From contig CAWAHW010000004.1 in the NCBI GenBank assembly GCA_963781885.1, positions 1 to 64,000 of the forward strand: a DNA stretch of 64,000 bases, in the 5' to 3' direction. The position numbers and the translations under genes are program-made. The notes under the pieces were generated by a model, which worked only from the letters and a program-made list of their open reading frames with translations, did no database searches and was not told where the DNA came from. The DNA is from an uncultured Spirochaetota bacterium. GTDB taxonomy: Bacteria; Spirochaetota; Spirochaetia; SZUA-6; Fen-1364. Within the stretch, counting starts at the first letter, position 1. Each line of letters begins with the position of its first letter. Shown piece by piece: positions 10,068-19,175 of the stretch.

Positions 10068-10382
10068 TCAATCCATATGGAACATTTCCGGCAGCGGTCT
10101 CGTCACCGGCGAGGCGTCGGCGTTCGTCTCCATGATGTCCGCCATGCGCCGCCACCATTTCTGGACGATGGGCTTCATCGCAAGCTGGTCGGAGGTGTGG
10201 TGGTCCTTCAGCTTCTGGAAGGCAAACAGGGTGAGGGTGGATTCGTCCAGATAGATCGAGTAGTCGGTGACGCCGGCAGCTTCCAGCTCCCGCACGAGCT
10301 CGGGCCATACCTCGTCGTGCCGCCTCTTGTATTCCTCCGTGGCTCCCGGCTTCAGCTTCATTGCAAAGGCCGCGCGCGTCAT
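10068..10382 (-). CDS. rhaM: L-rhamnose mutarotase
   Basis: EEYKRRHDEVWPEL, DYSIYLD, WWRRMADIM, EMFHMD. Confidence 0.92.
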   Translation of the reverse strand: MTRAAFAMKLKPGATEEYKRRHDEVWPELVRELEAAGVTDYSIYLDESTLTLFAFQKLKDHHTSDQLAMKPIVQKWWRRMADIMETNADASPVTRPLPEMFHMD

Positions 10383-10442
10383 GAATGCCTCCTGGCGCCG
10401 GATGCTACCACGACCGGGCGGCGCACGCCACGGGGCAGGACC

Positions 10443-11342
10443 TCAGGTATGAACGAAGGAGCTCCAGCGTGACGGGGAGATGCCGGTTTTCTTCTTGAAG
10501 AGCCGGGAGAAGTAATACGGGTCGTCGAAACCCAGGCGGAATGCCACCTCCTTGATGGGGAGGTCGTCGCGCTCCAGCAGCTCCTTGGCCTTGCGGATCT
10601 TGATGCTGATGGCGTACTGGTAGGGGGTCATGGCGGTGTACGATTTGAACACGGCGTTCAGATGCGACGTGCTCACGCCGAGCATGTCCCCGATGCCGTT
10701 GAGATTGATGTCGCCGTAGATCTTCTCCTCCATGAGGAACTTCGCCTTCTCCACGAGCTGCTCGGAGTGGGTGTACTGCACCGCCTTCCGCTCGGAGGCG
10801 AGTATCTCCGCGATGAGGGTCAGGACGAGGGAGCTCGCGCGGATCTGGTAGAGCGGCTGCTGGCTCTGGACGAGCTCGAAGATCTGCGTGTAGATGGCAA
10901 GGAGGCTGTTCTGCAGCCCGACCTCAAAGAGGGGCTTCTTCGGCGAGAGGAAACCCTGCGCGCAGAGGGCGTCGGCATGCGGACCCTTGAAGCCCACCCA
11001 GTATTCCATCCAGCCCACCTCGTACTCGGGCTTGTAGTGGTGCGGCACGCCGGGGAAGATCACCATGATCGAGCCGGGGACGATCACATGCGTGCGCTTG
11101 TTCGCCTCGAAGATGCCGCGCCCCTTGGTGATGTAGACGATCTGGTACTCGTCCAGCGTGCGGCCGACCGCCACGGACATGAACTTTTTCGGGTGCCCGT
11201 CCTTGTTCGGCGGATAGGCCGTGAGCGGGGCGATCTCCTGATGCCCGGCGTCCGTGCAGACGAGCTGCCATTTTTCGTCCTCGTCGCTGTACGTGAGATA
11301 ACGGAAGAAATTGCTCCGCGGCTGACTTTCTTTTGGCACCAT
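10443..11342 (-). CDS. AraC family transcriptional regulator
   Basis: Cupin-type N-terminal domain (GRTLDEYQIVYI, WMEYWVGF) and AraC HTH (KEVAFRLGFDDPYYFSRLFKK); divergent from the sugar operon. Confidence 0.92.
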   Translation of the reverse strand: MVPKESQPRSNFFRYLTYSDEDEKWQLVCTDAGHQEIAPLTAYPPNKDGHPKKFMSVAVGRTLDEYQIVYITKGRGIFEANKRTHVIVPGSIMVIFPGVPHHYKPEYEVGWMEYWVGFKGPHADALCAQGFLSPKKPLFEVGLQNSLLAIYTQIFELVQSQQPLYQIRASSLVLTLIAEILASERKAVQYTHSEQLVEKAKFLMEEKIYGDINLNGIGDMLGVSTSHLNAVFKSYTAMTPYQYAISIKIRKAKELLERDDLPIKEVAFRLGFDDPYYFSRLFKKKTGISPSRWSSFVHT

Positions 11343-11348
11343 CGTGCA

Positions 11349-11378
11349 TTTATACCCCGCTTTGCGCCGCCGCGGCAA
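11349..11378 (-). promoter_or_regulatory. Sigma70-type promoter for araC-family gene, predicting a leaderless mRNA
   Basis: Minus strand reads TTGCCG-N18-TATAAA, then 6 nt, then ATG (11342); no SD. Confidence 0.5.
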
Positions 11379-11477
11379 GTTTTGTCCATCAAGGCCCTTT
11401 TTTTCCATCTCCGCGGAGGAATAGTCCATTCACGGGGAGGACAGTACATTGGATAATCGGCGGGAGAGTTCGGTCAG

Positions 11478-12902
11478 ATGCAGGTGACAAGCAAACTAGG
11501 ACTGTTCGGCATCGGACTGGATACGTACTGGCCCCAGTTTTCGGGGCTGAAGGAGCGCCTGCTGGGATACCAGAGCTTCATCGCGGAAAGGCTTTCATCT
11601 CCCACCGCCGAGGTGGTGGACGCCGGGCTTGTCGACAATCCCGATGCTGCCCGGTCCGCAGCGGAGCTCTTTTCGCGAAGAGGAGTGGACGCCGTCTTCC
11701 TTTTCATCTCCACCTACGCCCTCTCCCATACCGTGCTTCCGGTGGCGCAGACGGTGAAGGCGCCCATTATCGTGCTGAACATGCAACCGGTCTCCTCCAT
11801 TGATTACACGCGCTTCAACGCTCTGGGCGATCGCGGCGTCATGACGGGCGAATGGCTCGCGCATTGCCAGGCCTGCTGCGCGCCGGAAATCGCGAACGTC
11901 TTCAACAATTGCGGCATCGATTTCCATCTCGTCACCGGCTGGCTGAAAGACGAAGAGGCCTGGCGCCAGATCGCGGAGTGGGTGGACGCAATCTCCGTAC
12001 GCCGGCAGATCCGGGACACGCGCGTCGGCATCCTTGGGCACTACTATGCCGGCATGCTCGACGTCTACACGGACGTCACGCGGCTCGCGAATGTCTTCGG
12101 CTGCCATTTCGAGCTCCTGGAAATGGACCAGCTGAAGCTCCACCGGGATCAAGTGGTCGGCGCGGAGGTTGAAAAGAAGCTCGCACAGTTCGGCGAGGAG
12201 TTCCGCGTCTCCCCTGACTGCGGACAGGCGGAGCTTTCGCGGGCGGCGCTCACCTCGTGCGCGCTGGATCGGCTCGTCGACGACAGGAGGCTGGGAGCGC
12301 TGGCCTACTATTATGAAGGGGTTGACGGCAGCGAGAACGAGAATATCGTGACCTCCGTGATCGCCGGAAACACGCTCCTCACCGCGCACCACGTGCCGGT
12401 CGCCGGTGAGTGCGAGGTGAAAAACGCCATCGCGATGAAGATCATGGATTGTTTCGGCGCCGGAGGTTCCTTTTCGGAGCTCTACGTGATAGACTTCGAC
12501 GATGACGTCGTCCTCTGGGGCCACGACGGCCCCGCGCATCCGGCCGTCGCGGAAAGCGCTGTGGGACTCGTTCCGCTGCCGGTCTACCACGGAAAGCCCG
12601 GCAAAGGACTCTCGATCCAGATGAGCGTGAAAAACGGTCCCGTGACGTTCCTCTCCGTCGTCCAGGGACGGGGCGGAAGCACGTTCCTGCTCACCGCGGA
12701 GGGCGAATCGGTCCCCGGCCCTACGCTCCAGATCGGCAATACCAACAGCCGCTACCGGTTCCCGATCTCCGCGCGCGAGTTCACCGACAAATGGGCGTCG
12801 GCGGGACCCGCCCACCATTGCGCCATCGGTGTCGGCCACATCGCGGGACGGATCGGGAAGCTCTCCGCACTCCTGGGCGTGCCGTGCGTGAGGATCTGTT
12901 GA
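11478..12902 (+). CDS. L-fucose/L-arabinose isomerase family sugar isomerase
   Basis: [21 protein letters not shown] and C-terminal [12 protein letters not shown] metal-ligand motifs typical of the AraA/FucI superfamily. Confidence 0.85.
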   Translation: MQVTSKLGLFGIGLDTYWPQFSGLKERLLGYQSFIAERLSSPTAEVVDAGLVDNPDAARSAAELFSRRGVDAVFLFISTYALSHTVLPVAQTVKAPIIVLNMQPVSSIDYTRFNALGDRGVMTGEWLAHCQACCAPEIANVFNNCGIDFHLVTGWLKDEEAWRQIAEWVDAISVRRQIRDTRVGILGHYYAGMLDVYTDVTRLANVFGCHFELLEMDQLKLHRDQVVGAEVEKKLAQFGEEFRVSPDCGQAELSRAALTSCALDRLVDDRRLGALAYYYEGVDGSENENIVTSVIAGNTLLTAHHVPVAGECEVKNAIAMKIMDCFGAGGSFSELYVIDFDDDVVLWGHDGPAHPAVAESAVGLVPLPVYHGKPGKGLSIQMSVKNGPVTFLSVVQGRGGSTFLLTAEGESVPGPTLQIGNTNSRYRFPISAREFTDKWASAGPAHHCAIGVGHIAGRIGKLSALLGVPCVRIC

Positions 12903-12912
12903 AGGAAGGGAC

Positions 12913-14415
12913 ATGGCCGAACGCATCCTTGAGCTGAACCACATCACGAAGACCTTTCCCGGTGTGCGGGCGCTCGATGACGTGCATTTCGACCTGATAC
13001 CAGGCGAAATACACGCGCTCATCGGGGAGAACGGCGCGGGCAAGTCCACCCTCATCAAGGTGATCACGGGCGTGTACGAGCCGGACCGCGGGGAGATCCT
13101 GTTGGAAGGGAAGCCCATCCGTTTCAATGGCCCGGCAGATTCCCAGCGCGCCGGCATCGCGGCGATCTACCAGCATGTCACCTGCTATCCGGACCTCTCC
13201 GTGACGGAGAATATCTTCATCGGCCACGAGAAGGTCCACCCGCTCACCCGCAAGATCGACTGGCGCGATCTCCACCGGAGGGCCGCGGAGCTCCTGGAGC
13301 GCCTCGATGCGGACTTCAATCCCCGCACGATCATGGGAAACCTTTCGGTCGCCCAGCAGCAGATCGTGGAAATCGCCAAGGCGCTTTCCACCAACGCGCG
13401 CATCATCATCATGGACGAGCCCACGGCGCCCCTGACCAACCGCGAAAGCGAGGACCTGTACCGCATCACCGAAGGACTGCGGGACAAGGGCGCTTCGATC
13501 ATCTTCATTTCCCACCGGCTTGAGGACATGTACCGGCTGGCAAGCCGCGTGACCGTCTTCCGAGACTCGCGCTACGTCGGCACCTGGCCCCTCCGCGAAA
13601 AAAAGCAGGAAGACCTCATCATGGCCATGGTGGGCCGCGAGATCACGCAGTTCTTCCCGAAACGCAGCGTGGCCATCGGGGAGGAGATCCTTGCCGTGCG
13701 CAACCTCTCGCGCACCGGCTACTTCAGGGACGTTTCCTTCAGCGTCCACAAGGGGGAGATACTCGCCATCACGGGGCTCATCGGGGCAGGCCGCACCGAG
13801 GTCTGCGAAGCCATCTACGGTGTCACGCATCCCGACAGCGGCGAGATCCTGCTCGAAGGGCACCCCATCCAGGTCGCCGGCCCGGCGGATTCCATCCGGC
13901 ACGGCATCGGCTATCTCCCGGAGGATCGGCTGCGCCAGGGCCTCATCCTGCAGTGGGAGCTTTCCCGGAACGTCACCCTCCCCACGCTGAGCAGCTTCAC
14001 GAAGGCGGGCTGGCTCGACACCCGGCGGGAAAACGTCGTCACGAAGGAGCTGACGGAGAAGCTGGAGGTGAGGGCGACGAGCGTCTTCGACCTCGCCGGA
14101 ACGCTTTCCGGCGGCAACCAGCAGAAGCTCATCGTCGCGAAGCTCCTGGCGGGGACCATGAAGGTGATCATCCTCGACGAGCCGACAAAGGGAGTGGACG
14201 TCGGGGCAAAGACCGCAATATTCAGGATCATGAATGACCTGGCGGCGCAGGGGTACGGCATCGTCATGGTATCCTCCGAGATGCCCGAGGTCCTCGGGAT
14301 GAGCGACAGGATACTCGTCATGAAGGAGGGACGGATCGCGGCCCTCCTGGAAACGCGGAATGCCACCCAGGAGCAGATCCTGCGCGCGGCCGTCCCGGGG
14401 TCGGGTGCCGCATGA
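12913..14415 (+). CDS. rhaT: Sugar (rhamnose-type) ABC ATP-binding protein, two NBDs
   Basis: GENGAGKST, MDEPT, LSGGNQQK, LDEPTKGVDVGAK; lies with rhaM and a RhaS-like gene. Confidence 0.85.
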   Translation: MAERILELNHITKTFPGVRALDDVHFDLIPGEIHALIGENGAGKSTLIKVITGVYEPDRGEILLEGKPIRFNGPADSQRAGIAAIYQHVTCYPDLSVTENIFIGHEKVHPLTRKIDWRDLHRRAAELLERLDADFNPRTIMGNLSVAQQQIVEIAKALSTNARIIIMDEPTAPLTNRESEDLYRITEGLRDKGASIIFISHRLEDMYRLASRVTVFRDSRYVGTWPLREKKQEDLIMAMVGREITQFFPKRSVAIGEEILAVRNLSRTGYFRDVSFSVHKGEILAITGLIGAGRTEVCEAIYGVTHPDSGEILLEGHPIQVAGPADSIRHGIGYLPEDRLRQGLILQWELSRNVTLPTLSSFTKAGWLDTRRENVVTKELTEKLEVRATSVFDLAGTLSGGNQQKLIVAKLLAGTMKVIILDEPTKGVDVGAKTAIFRIMNDLAAQGYGIVMVSSEMPEVLGMSDRILVMKEGRIAALLETRNATQEQILRAAVPGSGAA

Positions 14416-15398
14416 GGAGAGCAGCCACCTTTTCGGAGAGCTTCCGCGAGCTCGGCCTCCTGGTCTTCATCGTGATTCTCTGCGCCATCTTCCAGATCCG
14501 CAATCACAACTTCCTCACGCTTTCCAATATCCGCGATCTTCTTGCCGATACGGCCATCCTCGGCATCCTCAGCGTCGGCATGATGATGGTGCTCCTCACC
14601 GGGGGAATCGACCTGTCCATCGGCGCGACGCTCGCCCTGGCGGGCATGGTGAGCGCCCTCACCGTCTTCGCCATTCCCACGATCTCGCCCGTCCTTTCGC
14701 TGCTCGAAGGCATCGCGGTCGGCGTGGCGGCCGGCGCGCTCATCGGCCTGCTCATCTCCCGTTTCAACGTGCTGCCGATCATCGCCACGCTCGGGTTCAT
14801 GAACATTCTCCGGGGAATCACCTACGTCGTGAGCGGGGGCGCGTGGGTGAGCTCCTACCAGATGTCGGATGGGTTCAAGTCGCTCGCGAGCGGCACGGTG
14901 CTCGGCGTCCGGGGTCTGGTCCTCATCGCGGTGGTGATTTTCGTGATCTTCGCCTACTTCATCACCCAGACGCGGACCGGGCGTCAGATCTACGCCGTCG
15001 GATCCAACGCGGCGGCTGCCGACATCTCGGGCATCCCGCGGCGACGCATCATCCTTCTGGTCTACGTGATCATGGGCGGGCTCGCCGGTCTTGCGGGCGT
15101 CCTCTGGGTGGCGAAGTTCGCCTCGGCGCAGGGAGACACCGCCACGGGCTACGAGCTCAGCGTCATCGCTGCAACCGTGCTGGGCGGCGTGAGCATTTCG
15201 GGTGGAAGCGGCAAGGTCTCGGGGCTGATCCTGGGCACAATCCTCCTCGGCATCCTGAACAATGCCCTTCCCCTCATCAACGTGTCCCCGTTCTGGCAGC
15301 AGGCCATCCAGGGCGTCGTGATTCTCGCCGCGGTGCTCACGAACGTGATCGTGAAGCGGAACAACCAGCGCATGGCGCTGCGCCGAAGGGCGATCTAG
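14412..15398 (+). CDS. rhaP: Sugar (rhamnose-type) ABC permease
   Basis: GGIDLSIG, GRQIYAVGSN, GYELSVIAA; ATGA overlap with the ATPase. Confidence 0.85.
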   Translation: MRRAATFSESFRELGLLVFIVILCAIFQIRNHNFLTLSNIRDLLADTAILGILSVGMMMVLLTGGIDLSIGATLALAGMVSALTVFAIPTISPVLSLLEGIAVGVAAGALIGLLISRFNVLPIIATLGFMNILRGITYVVSGGAWVSSYQMSDGFKSLASGTVLGVRGLVLIAVVIFVIFAYFITQTRTGRQIYAVGSNAAAADISGIPRRRIILLVYVIMGGLAGLAGVLWVAKFASAQGDTATGYELSVIAATVLGGVSISGGSGKVSGLILGTILLGILNNALPLINVSPFWQQAIQGVVILAAVLTNVIVKRNNQRMALRRRAI

Positions 15399-15406
15399 GG
15401 GATGCC

Positions 15407-16438
15407 ATGATCGACCGAACAATTCGTCTGGACAGGTCGTGGAGCTGGCGGTCGTTCTTTTTCCAGTGGGAATGGCTGCTGGTTCTCATCTTCATCGCGA
15501 TCAATATCCTCAACAGCTTCCTGTCCCCGTACTACCTCGATGTCGACACGTTCATCAGCATGCCGATGACCTTCCTCGACAAGGCCTTCATCGTGCTGCC
15601 GATGACCATGGTCATCATCCTCGGCAACATCGACATCTCGGTCGGCTCCACCGTCGCCCTCTCCGCCGTCGTGATGGCGGTGTCGTTCAACGCGGGGCTG
15701 CCGATGCCGCTCGCGCTCGTTCTCTGCCTGGTCGTCGGCAGCGTCTGCGGGCTGATCAACGGCCTCCTCATGACGCGCTTCCGGGAGCTCTCGTCGGTCA
15801 TCGTCACCCTGGCGACCATGATCATCTACCGCGGCATCGCCTATATCATCCTGGAGAACCAGGCATCGGGGAAATTCCCCACCTGGTATTCCACGCTGGG
15901 ATGGGGAAGCGTCGGCGGCATTCCGATCATGGTGATTGCCTTCGCCGTCTGCGCGGTGGTCTTCGGGCTCCTCCTTCACCGCACGAGCTTCGGCCGCCGG
16001 ATCTATGCCATGGGGAGCAATCTCACCGCGTCCCGCTACTCCGGCGTGAAGACCGGCTCCATCATCATCATCGTCAGCGTGCTCACCGGGCTCATGGCGG
16101 GCGTGACGGCGCTCTTCCTCAGCTCCCGCATGGGCAGCACGCGCCCCAACGTGGCACAGGGCTACGAGCTGGACGTCATCGCGATGGTCGTTCTTGGCGG
16201 GGTAAGCACCGCGGGGGGAAAGGGGCGCATTGGCGGTCCCCTGCTTGCCATATTCATCATCGGATTCCTGAATTACGGGCTGGGGCTCGTGAATATACAG
16301 GCGCAGGACCTGCTCATCGTGGTCGGGCTCCTGCTGATCGTCTCGGTGCTGGTTCTCAACGTGGGCTTCCTTGACAGAAAGAAACGTCCCGTGTCTCCGA
16401 CACGGGGCGAAAAAGAAATCCAGGAGGAGGATTTATGA
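15407..16438 (+). CDS. rhaQ: Sugar (rhamnose-type) ABC permease
   Basis: GNIDISVGS, GRRIYAMGSN, GYELDVIAMVVLGG. The real start is ATG 15407 inside the longer computed ORF. Confidence 0.85.
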   Translation: MIDRTIRLDRSWSWRSFFFQWEWLLVLIFIAINILNSFLSPYYLDVDTFISMPMTFLDKAFIVLPMTMVIILGNIDISVGSTVALSAVVMAVSFNAGLPMPLALVLCLVVGSVCGLINGLLMTRFRELSSVIVTLATMIIYRGIAYIILENQASGKFPTWYSTLGWGSVGGIPIMVIAFAVCAVVFGLLLHRTSFGRRIYAMGSNLTASRYSGVKTGSIIIIVSVLTGLMAGVTALFLSSRMGSTRPNVAQGYELDVIAMVVLGGVSTAGGKGRIGGPLLAIFIIGFLNYGLGLVNIQAQDLLIVVGLLLIVSVLVLNVGFLDRKKRPVSPTRGEKEIQEEDL

Positions 16439-17463
16439 GGAGAGAGTTTTCCCGAATTGTCAGGATTGTCGGCCTCGTCGCCGTCGCCCTGACCGTCATC
16501 GGCTTCATGGCCGCATGTGCAAAGCCCGTGTCCAAGGACTACGCAATCGTCTTCAAGAACACGGGAAACCCCTACGGCGACAAGCAGATGAGCGGATTCA
16601 AGACGGGCATCGAGGAGCAGGGCTTCAAGGCAATCCTGCAGGCGCCGGCGCAGCCGACGGCCGAGGCACAGATCCAGATCATCGAGTCGCTCATCTCGCA
16701 GAAGGTGGCGGCGATCTGCATCGTCGGCAACGACTTCGATGCTCTGCAGCCCGTTCTGACCAAGGCCAAGACTGCCGGTATCAAGGTGTTCTCCCTCGAC
16801 TCGGCGGTCAACCCGGCGAGCAGGCTGACACACGTCAACCAGGCGGACTCGGCGAAGATCGGCAGCACGCTGGTCGAAGCGGCGTACGACATGTCCGGCG
16901 GGGCGGGCGACATCGCCATCCTGTCGGCCACGAGCCAGGCGTCGAACCAGAATCTCTGGATCGACTACATGAAGAAGGATCTTCAGGATCCCAAGTACGC
17001 GAAGCTCAACCTCGTGAAGATCGCCTACGGTGACGACATCCGCGACAAGTCGGTGTCGGAGGCCGAGGGTCTTCTGCAGTCGTTCCCGAAGCTGAAGGTC
17101 ATCATCGCACCGACCACCGTCGGCATCGCGGCGGCGGGCAAGGTGCTCACGGACAAGAAACTCCAGGGCAAGGTGTTCCTCACCGGCCTCGGGCTTCCGT
17201 CCGAAATGGCGACCTACATCGAAAATGGCGTCTGCCCGTACATGTTCCTCTGGAACCCGATTGACGTCGGGTACCTGGGAGCGTACACCGGGACGGCGCT
17301 CGTGAAGGGCAGCATCACCGGCGCGGTCGGCGACAAGTTCAAGGCCGGGCGGCTGGGCGACTACACCATCACGAAGGCAGCGGACGGCGGAACCGAAGTT
17401 CTTCTCGGCCCCCCGTTCAAGTTTGACAAGACCAACATCGAAGACTGGAAGACGGTCTACTAG
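16435..17463 (+). CDS. rhaS: Rhamnose ABC substrate-binding lipoprotein
   Basis: Lipobox MAAC; KNTGNPY, ILSATSQASNQNLWI, IAPTTVGI, TGLGLPSEM and LWNPIDVGY are RhaS-family motifs. Confidence 0.85.
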   Translation: MRREFSRIVRIVGLVAVALTVIGFMAACAKPVSKDYAIVFKNTGNPYGDKQMSGFKTGIEEQGFKAILQAPAQPTAEAQIQIIESLISQKVAAICIVGNDFDALQPVLTKAKTAGIKVFSLDSAVNPASRLTHVNQADSAKIGSTLVEAAYDMSGGAGDIAILSATSQASNQNLWIDYMKKDLQDPKYAKLNLVKIAYGDDIRDKSVSEAEGLLQSFPKLKVIIAPTTVGIAAAGKVLTDKKLQGKVFLTGLGLPSEMATYIENGVCPYMFLWNPIDVGYLGAYTGTALVKGSITGAVGDKFKAGRLGDYTITKAADGGTEVLLGPPFKFDKTNIEDWKTVY

Positions 17464-17470
17464 GAGTGGC

Positions 17471-17500
17471 AAGGCGGGCCGAAAGGCCCGCCTTCTTTTT
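17471..17500 (+). terminator. Rho-independent terminator
   Basis: Perfect 10-bp stem AAGGCGGGCC-GAAA-GGCCCGCCTT followed by CTTTTT, 8 nt after the rhaS stop. Confidence 0.9.
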
Positions 17501-17640
17501 CAGCAAGGCACGAGACCATTCGTCGGCATGCGTCGCGGATGCCGACGCACCTCCCCGCACATTCCGCCGGAGCAGAAATCCCGTTGCGTCGCCGCGTCGC
17601 TCGTGTTACCCTCACGGCAAGCCCCGGACAGGAGGAAAAC

Positions 17641-18294
17641 GTGACCGATGCATCCTTGAAGGCCTTGGACCATCTGCGTGATTTCTCGATGATGAAATGG
17701 TACGCGATACCGCTTCTTGCCGTCGTGCTCTACATCTATGCCGTGGAAATGAGGAAGGCGCGCGCGAGCAGGAACTGGGACCCCATCGTCGCGGGCCTCA
17801 CGCTTTTCGGCATGGATTTCTTCAATGAGACCTGGAACGGCTGGGTGCTCAACATCACGGGACGTTCGGCATTCTGGACGACGCCGGGCGATACGGCGCT
17901 CCGCACGCTGGTCGGCTGGAACATCGAGATCATGTTCATGTTCGCGATTGCGGGCATCGTCTTCTACTACATGTGCTCCGAAGACCCGAAGGAGCGCATC
18001 CTGGGGCTGCCCAACAGGTGGTTCTGGGCAATCGGATTCTCGGCGTTCTGCGTCCTGGTGGAATGCCTCCTCAACAAGGGCGGTCTGCTCGTGTGGGAGT
18101 ATTCCTTCTGGCGCCGGTCCGTGGGTGGGATATGGCTCATCTTCCTGTTCGGTTATTTCGAGTTCTTCGTCGCCATCAATCTGGTGCTCACCCTGCGGAC
18201 GACGCGCCGGAAGTTCACCGCCGTCGGCATCATCTACGCGGTGCCCGTGCTCCTGAATATCATCGGCATGGGCATCCTCCACTACCGGTACTGA
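17641..18294 (+). CDS. Hypothetical multi-pass membrane protein
   Basis: GTG start after GGAGG; about 6 hydrophobic segments with polar motifs DFFNETWNGW and GWNIEIMFMF. Confidence 0.75.
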   Translation: MTDASLKALDHLRDFSMMKWYAIPLLAVVLYIYAVEMRKARASRNWDPIVAGLTLFGMDFFNETWNGWVLNITGRSAFWTTPGDTALRTLVGWNIEIMFMFAIAGIVFYYMCSEDPKERILGLPNRWFWAIGFSAFCVLVECLLNKGGLLVWEYSFWRRSVGGIWLIFLFGYFEFFVAINLVLTLRTTRRKFTAVGIIYAVPVLLNIIGMGILHYRY

Positions 18295-18304
18295 GGGCGT
18301 CACG

Positions 18305-18985
18305 ATGAAGGGCGCTGCGCGGACGGCCATCCGGCTCCTGATCGCCGACGACCACACCATCGTCCGCAAGGGCCTGCAGGCGCTCCTGGAGACCGAGCCG
18401 GACATGCTGATCGTCGGTGAGGCGGAGAATGGCGTCGAGGCGGTGGCGAAGGCGGAAAGCCTGAAGCCGGACGTCATCCTCATGGACCTCGTGATGCCCC
18501 AGATGGACGGCATCGAGGCGACCCGCAAGATCACCGCGCAACGGCCCGACGCGCGTGTGCTCGTCCTCACGAGCTTCGCGGCGGACGACAAGGTGTTCCC
18601 GGCGGTGAAGGCGGGCGCGCTGGGCTACCTGTTGAAGGATTCCAGCCCCGACCAGCTGCTGGAGGCGATCCGCCGCGTCCATCGCGGTGAGCCGTCGCTG
18701 GAGCCGCCCATTGCGCGCAAGGTGCTCCAGGAGCTCTCCAACCCCGGGACGGCAAAGCCGACCACGGACCCGCTCACGGAGCGGGAAATGGAGGTGCTGC
18801 GGCTCATCGCGCAGGGCATGAGCAACAAGGAAATCGCATCGGCGCTCTTCGTCGCCGAGTGGACGGTGCGGAGCCACGTGAGCAATATCCTGTCGAAGCT
18901 GCAGCTCGCCAGCCGCACCCAGGCGGCCCTCTATGCGCTGCGTTCGGGCATCGCGTCGCTCGACGATCCGCCGCGGACGCCGTAG
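18305..18985 (+). CDS. NarL/LuxR family response regulator
   Basis: IADDH, DLVMP, GYLLKD, LTEREMEVL...HVSNILSKL. Confidence 0.95.
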   Translation: MKGAARTAIRLLIADDHTIVRKGLQALLETEPDMLIVGEAENGVEAVAKAESLKPDVILMDLVMPQMDGIEATRKITAQRPDARVLVLTSFAADDKVFPAVKAGALGYLLKDSSPDQLLEAIRRVHRGEPSLEPPIARKVLQELSNPGTAKPTTDPLTEREMEVLRLIAQGMSNKEIASALFVAEWTVRSHVSNILSKLQLASRTQAALYALRSGIASLDDPPRTP

Positions 18986-19137
18986 GGGCAAAATCACACT
19001 TTTTATCGATGCGTCCGGGCTCCGCCGCGTGTTGTACTTGCGGAGGTGAGCGTGCGGACCGTCGTCGCGGATGACCAGACACATGCCCGGCAAGGTCTGC
19101 GGGCCCTCATTGCCGCGGAGCTTGCAGACGGGTCTGC

Positions 19138-19166
19138 TTGCGCTCCTGCGTTGCCGCCCTTAGAAT
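19138..19166 (+). promoter_or_regulatory. Sigma70-type promoter for the GAF kinase (very short leader)
   Basis: TTGCGC-N17-TAGAAT ending 9 nt before ATG 19176. Confidence 0.5.
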
Positions 19167-19175
19167 CCGGGGGCG

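Noticed and set aside
14360-15406. 349-aa N-terminal extension of the second rhamnose permease
   Set aside because: It overlaps the first permease out of frame and has Arg/Pro/His-rich shadow composition; the real start is 15407.
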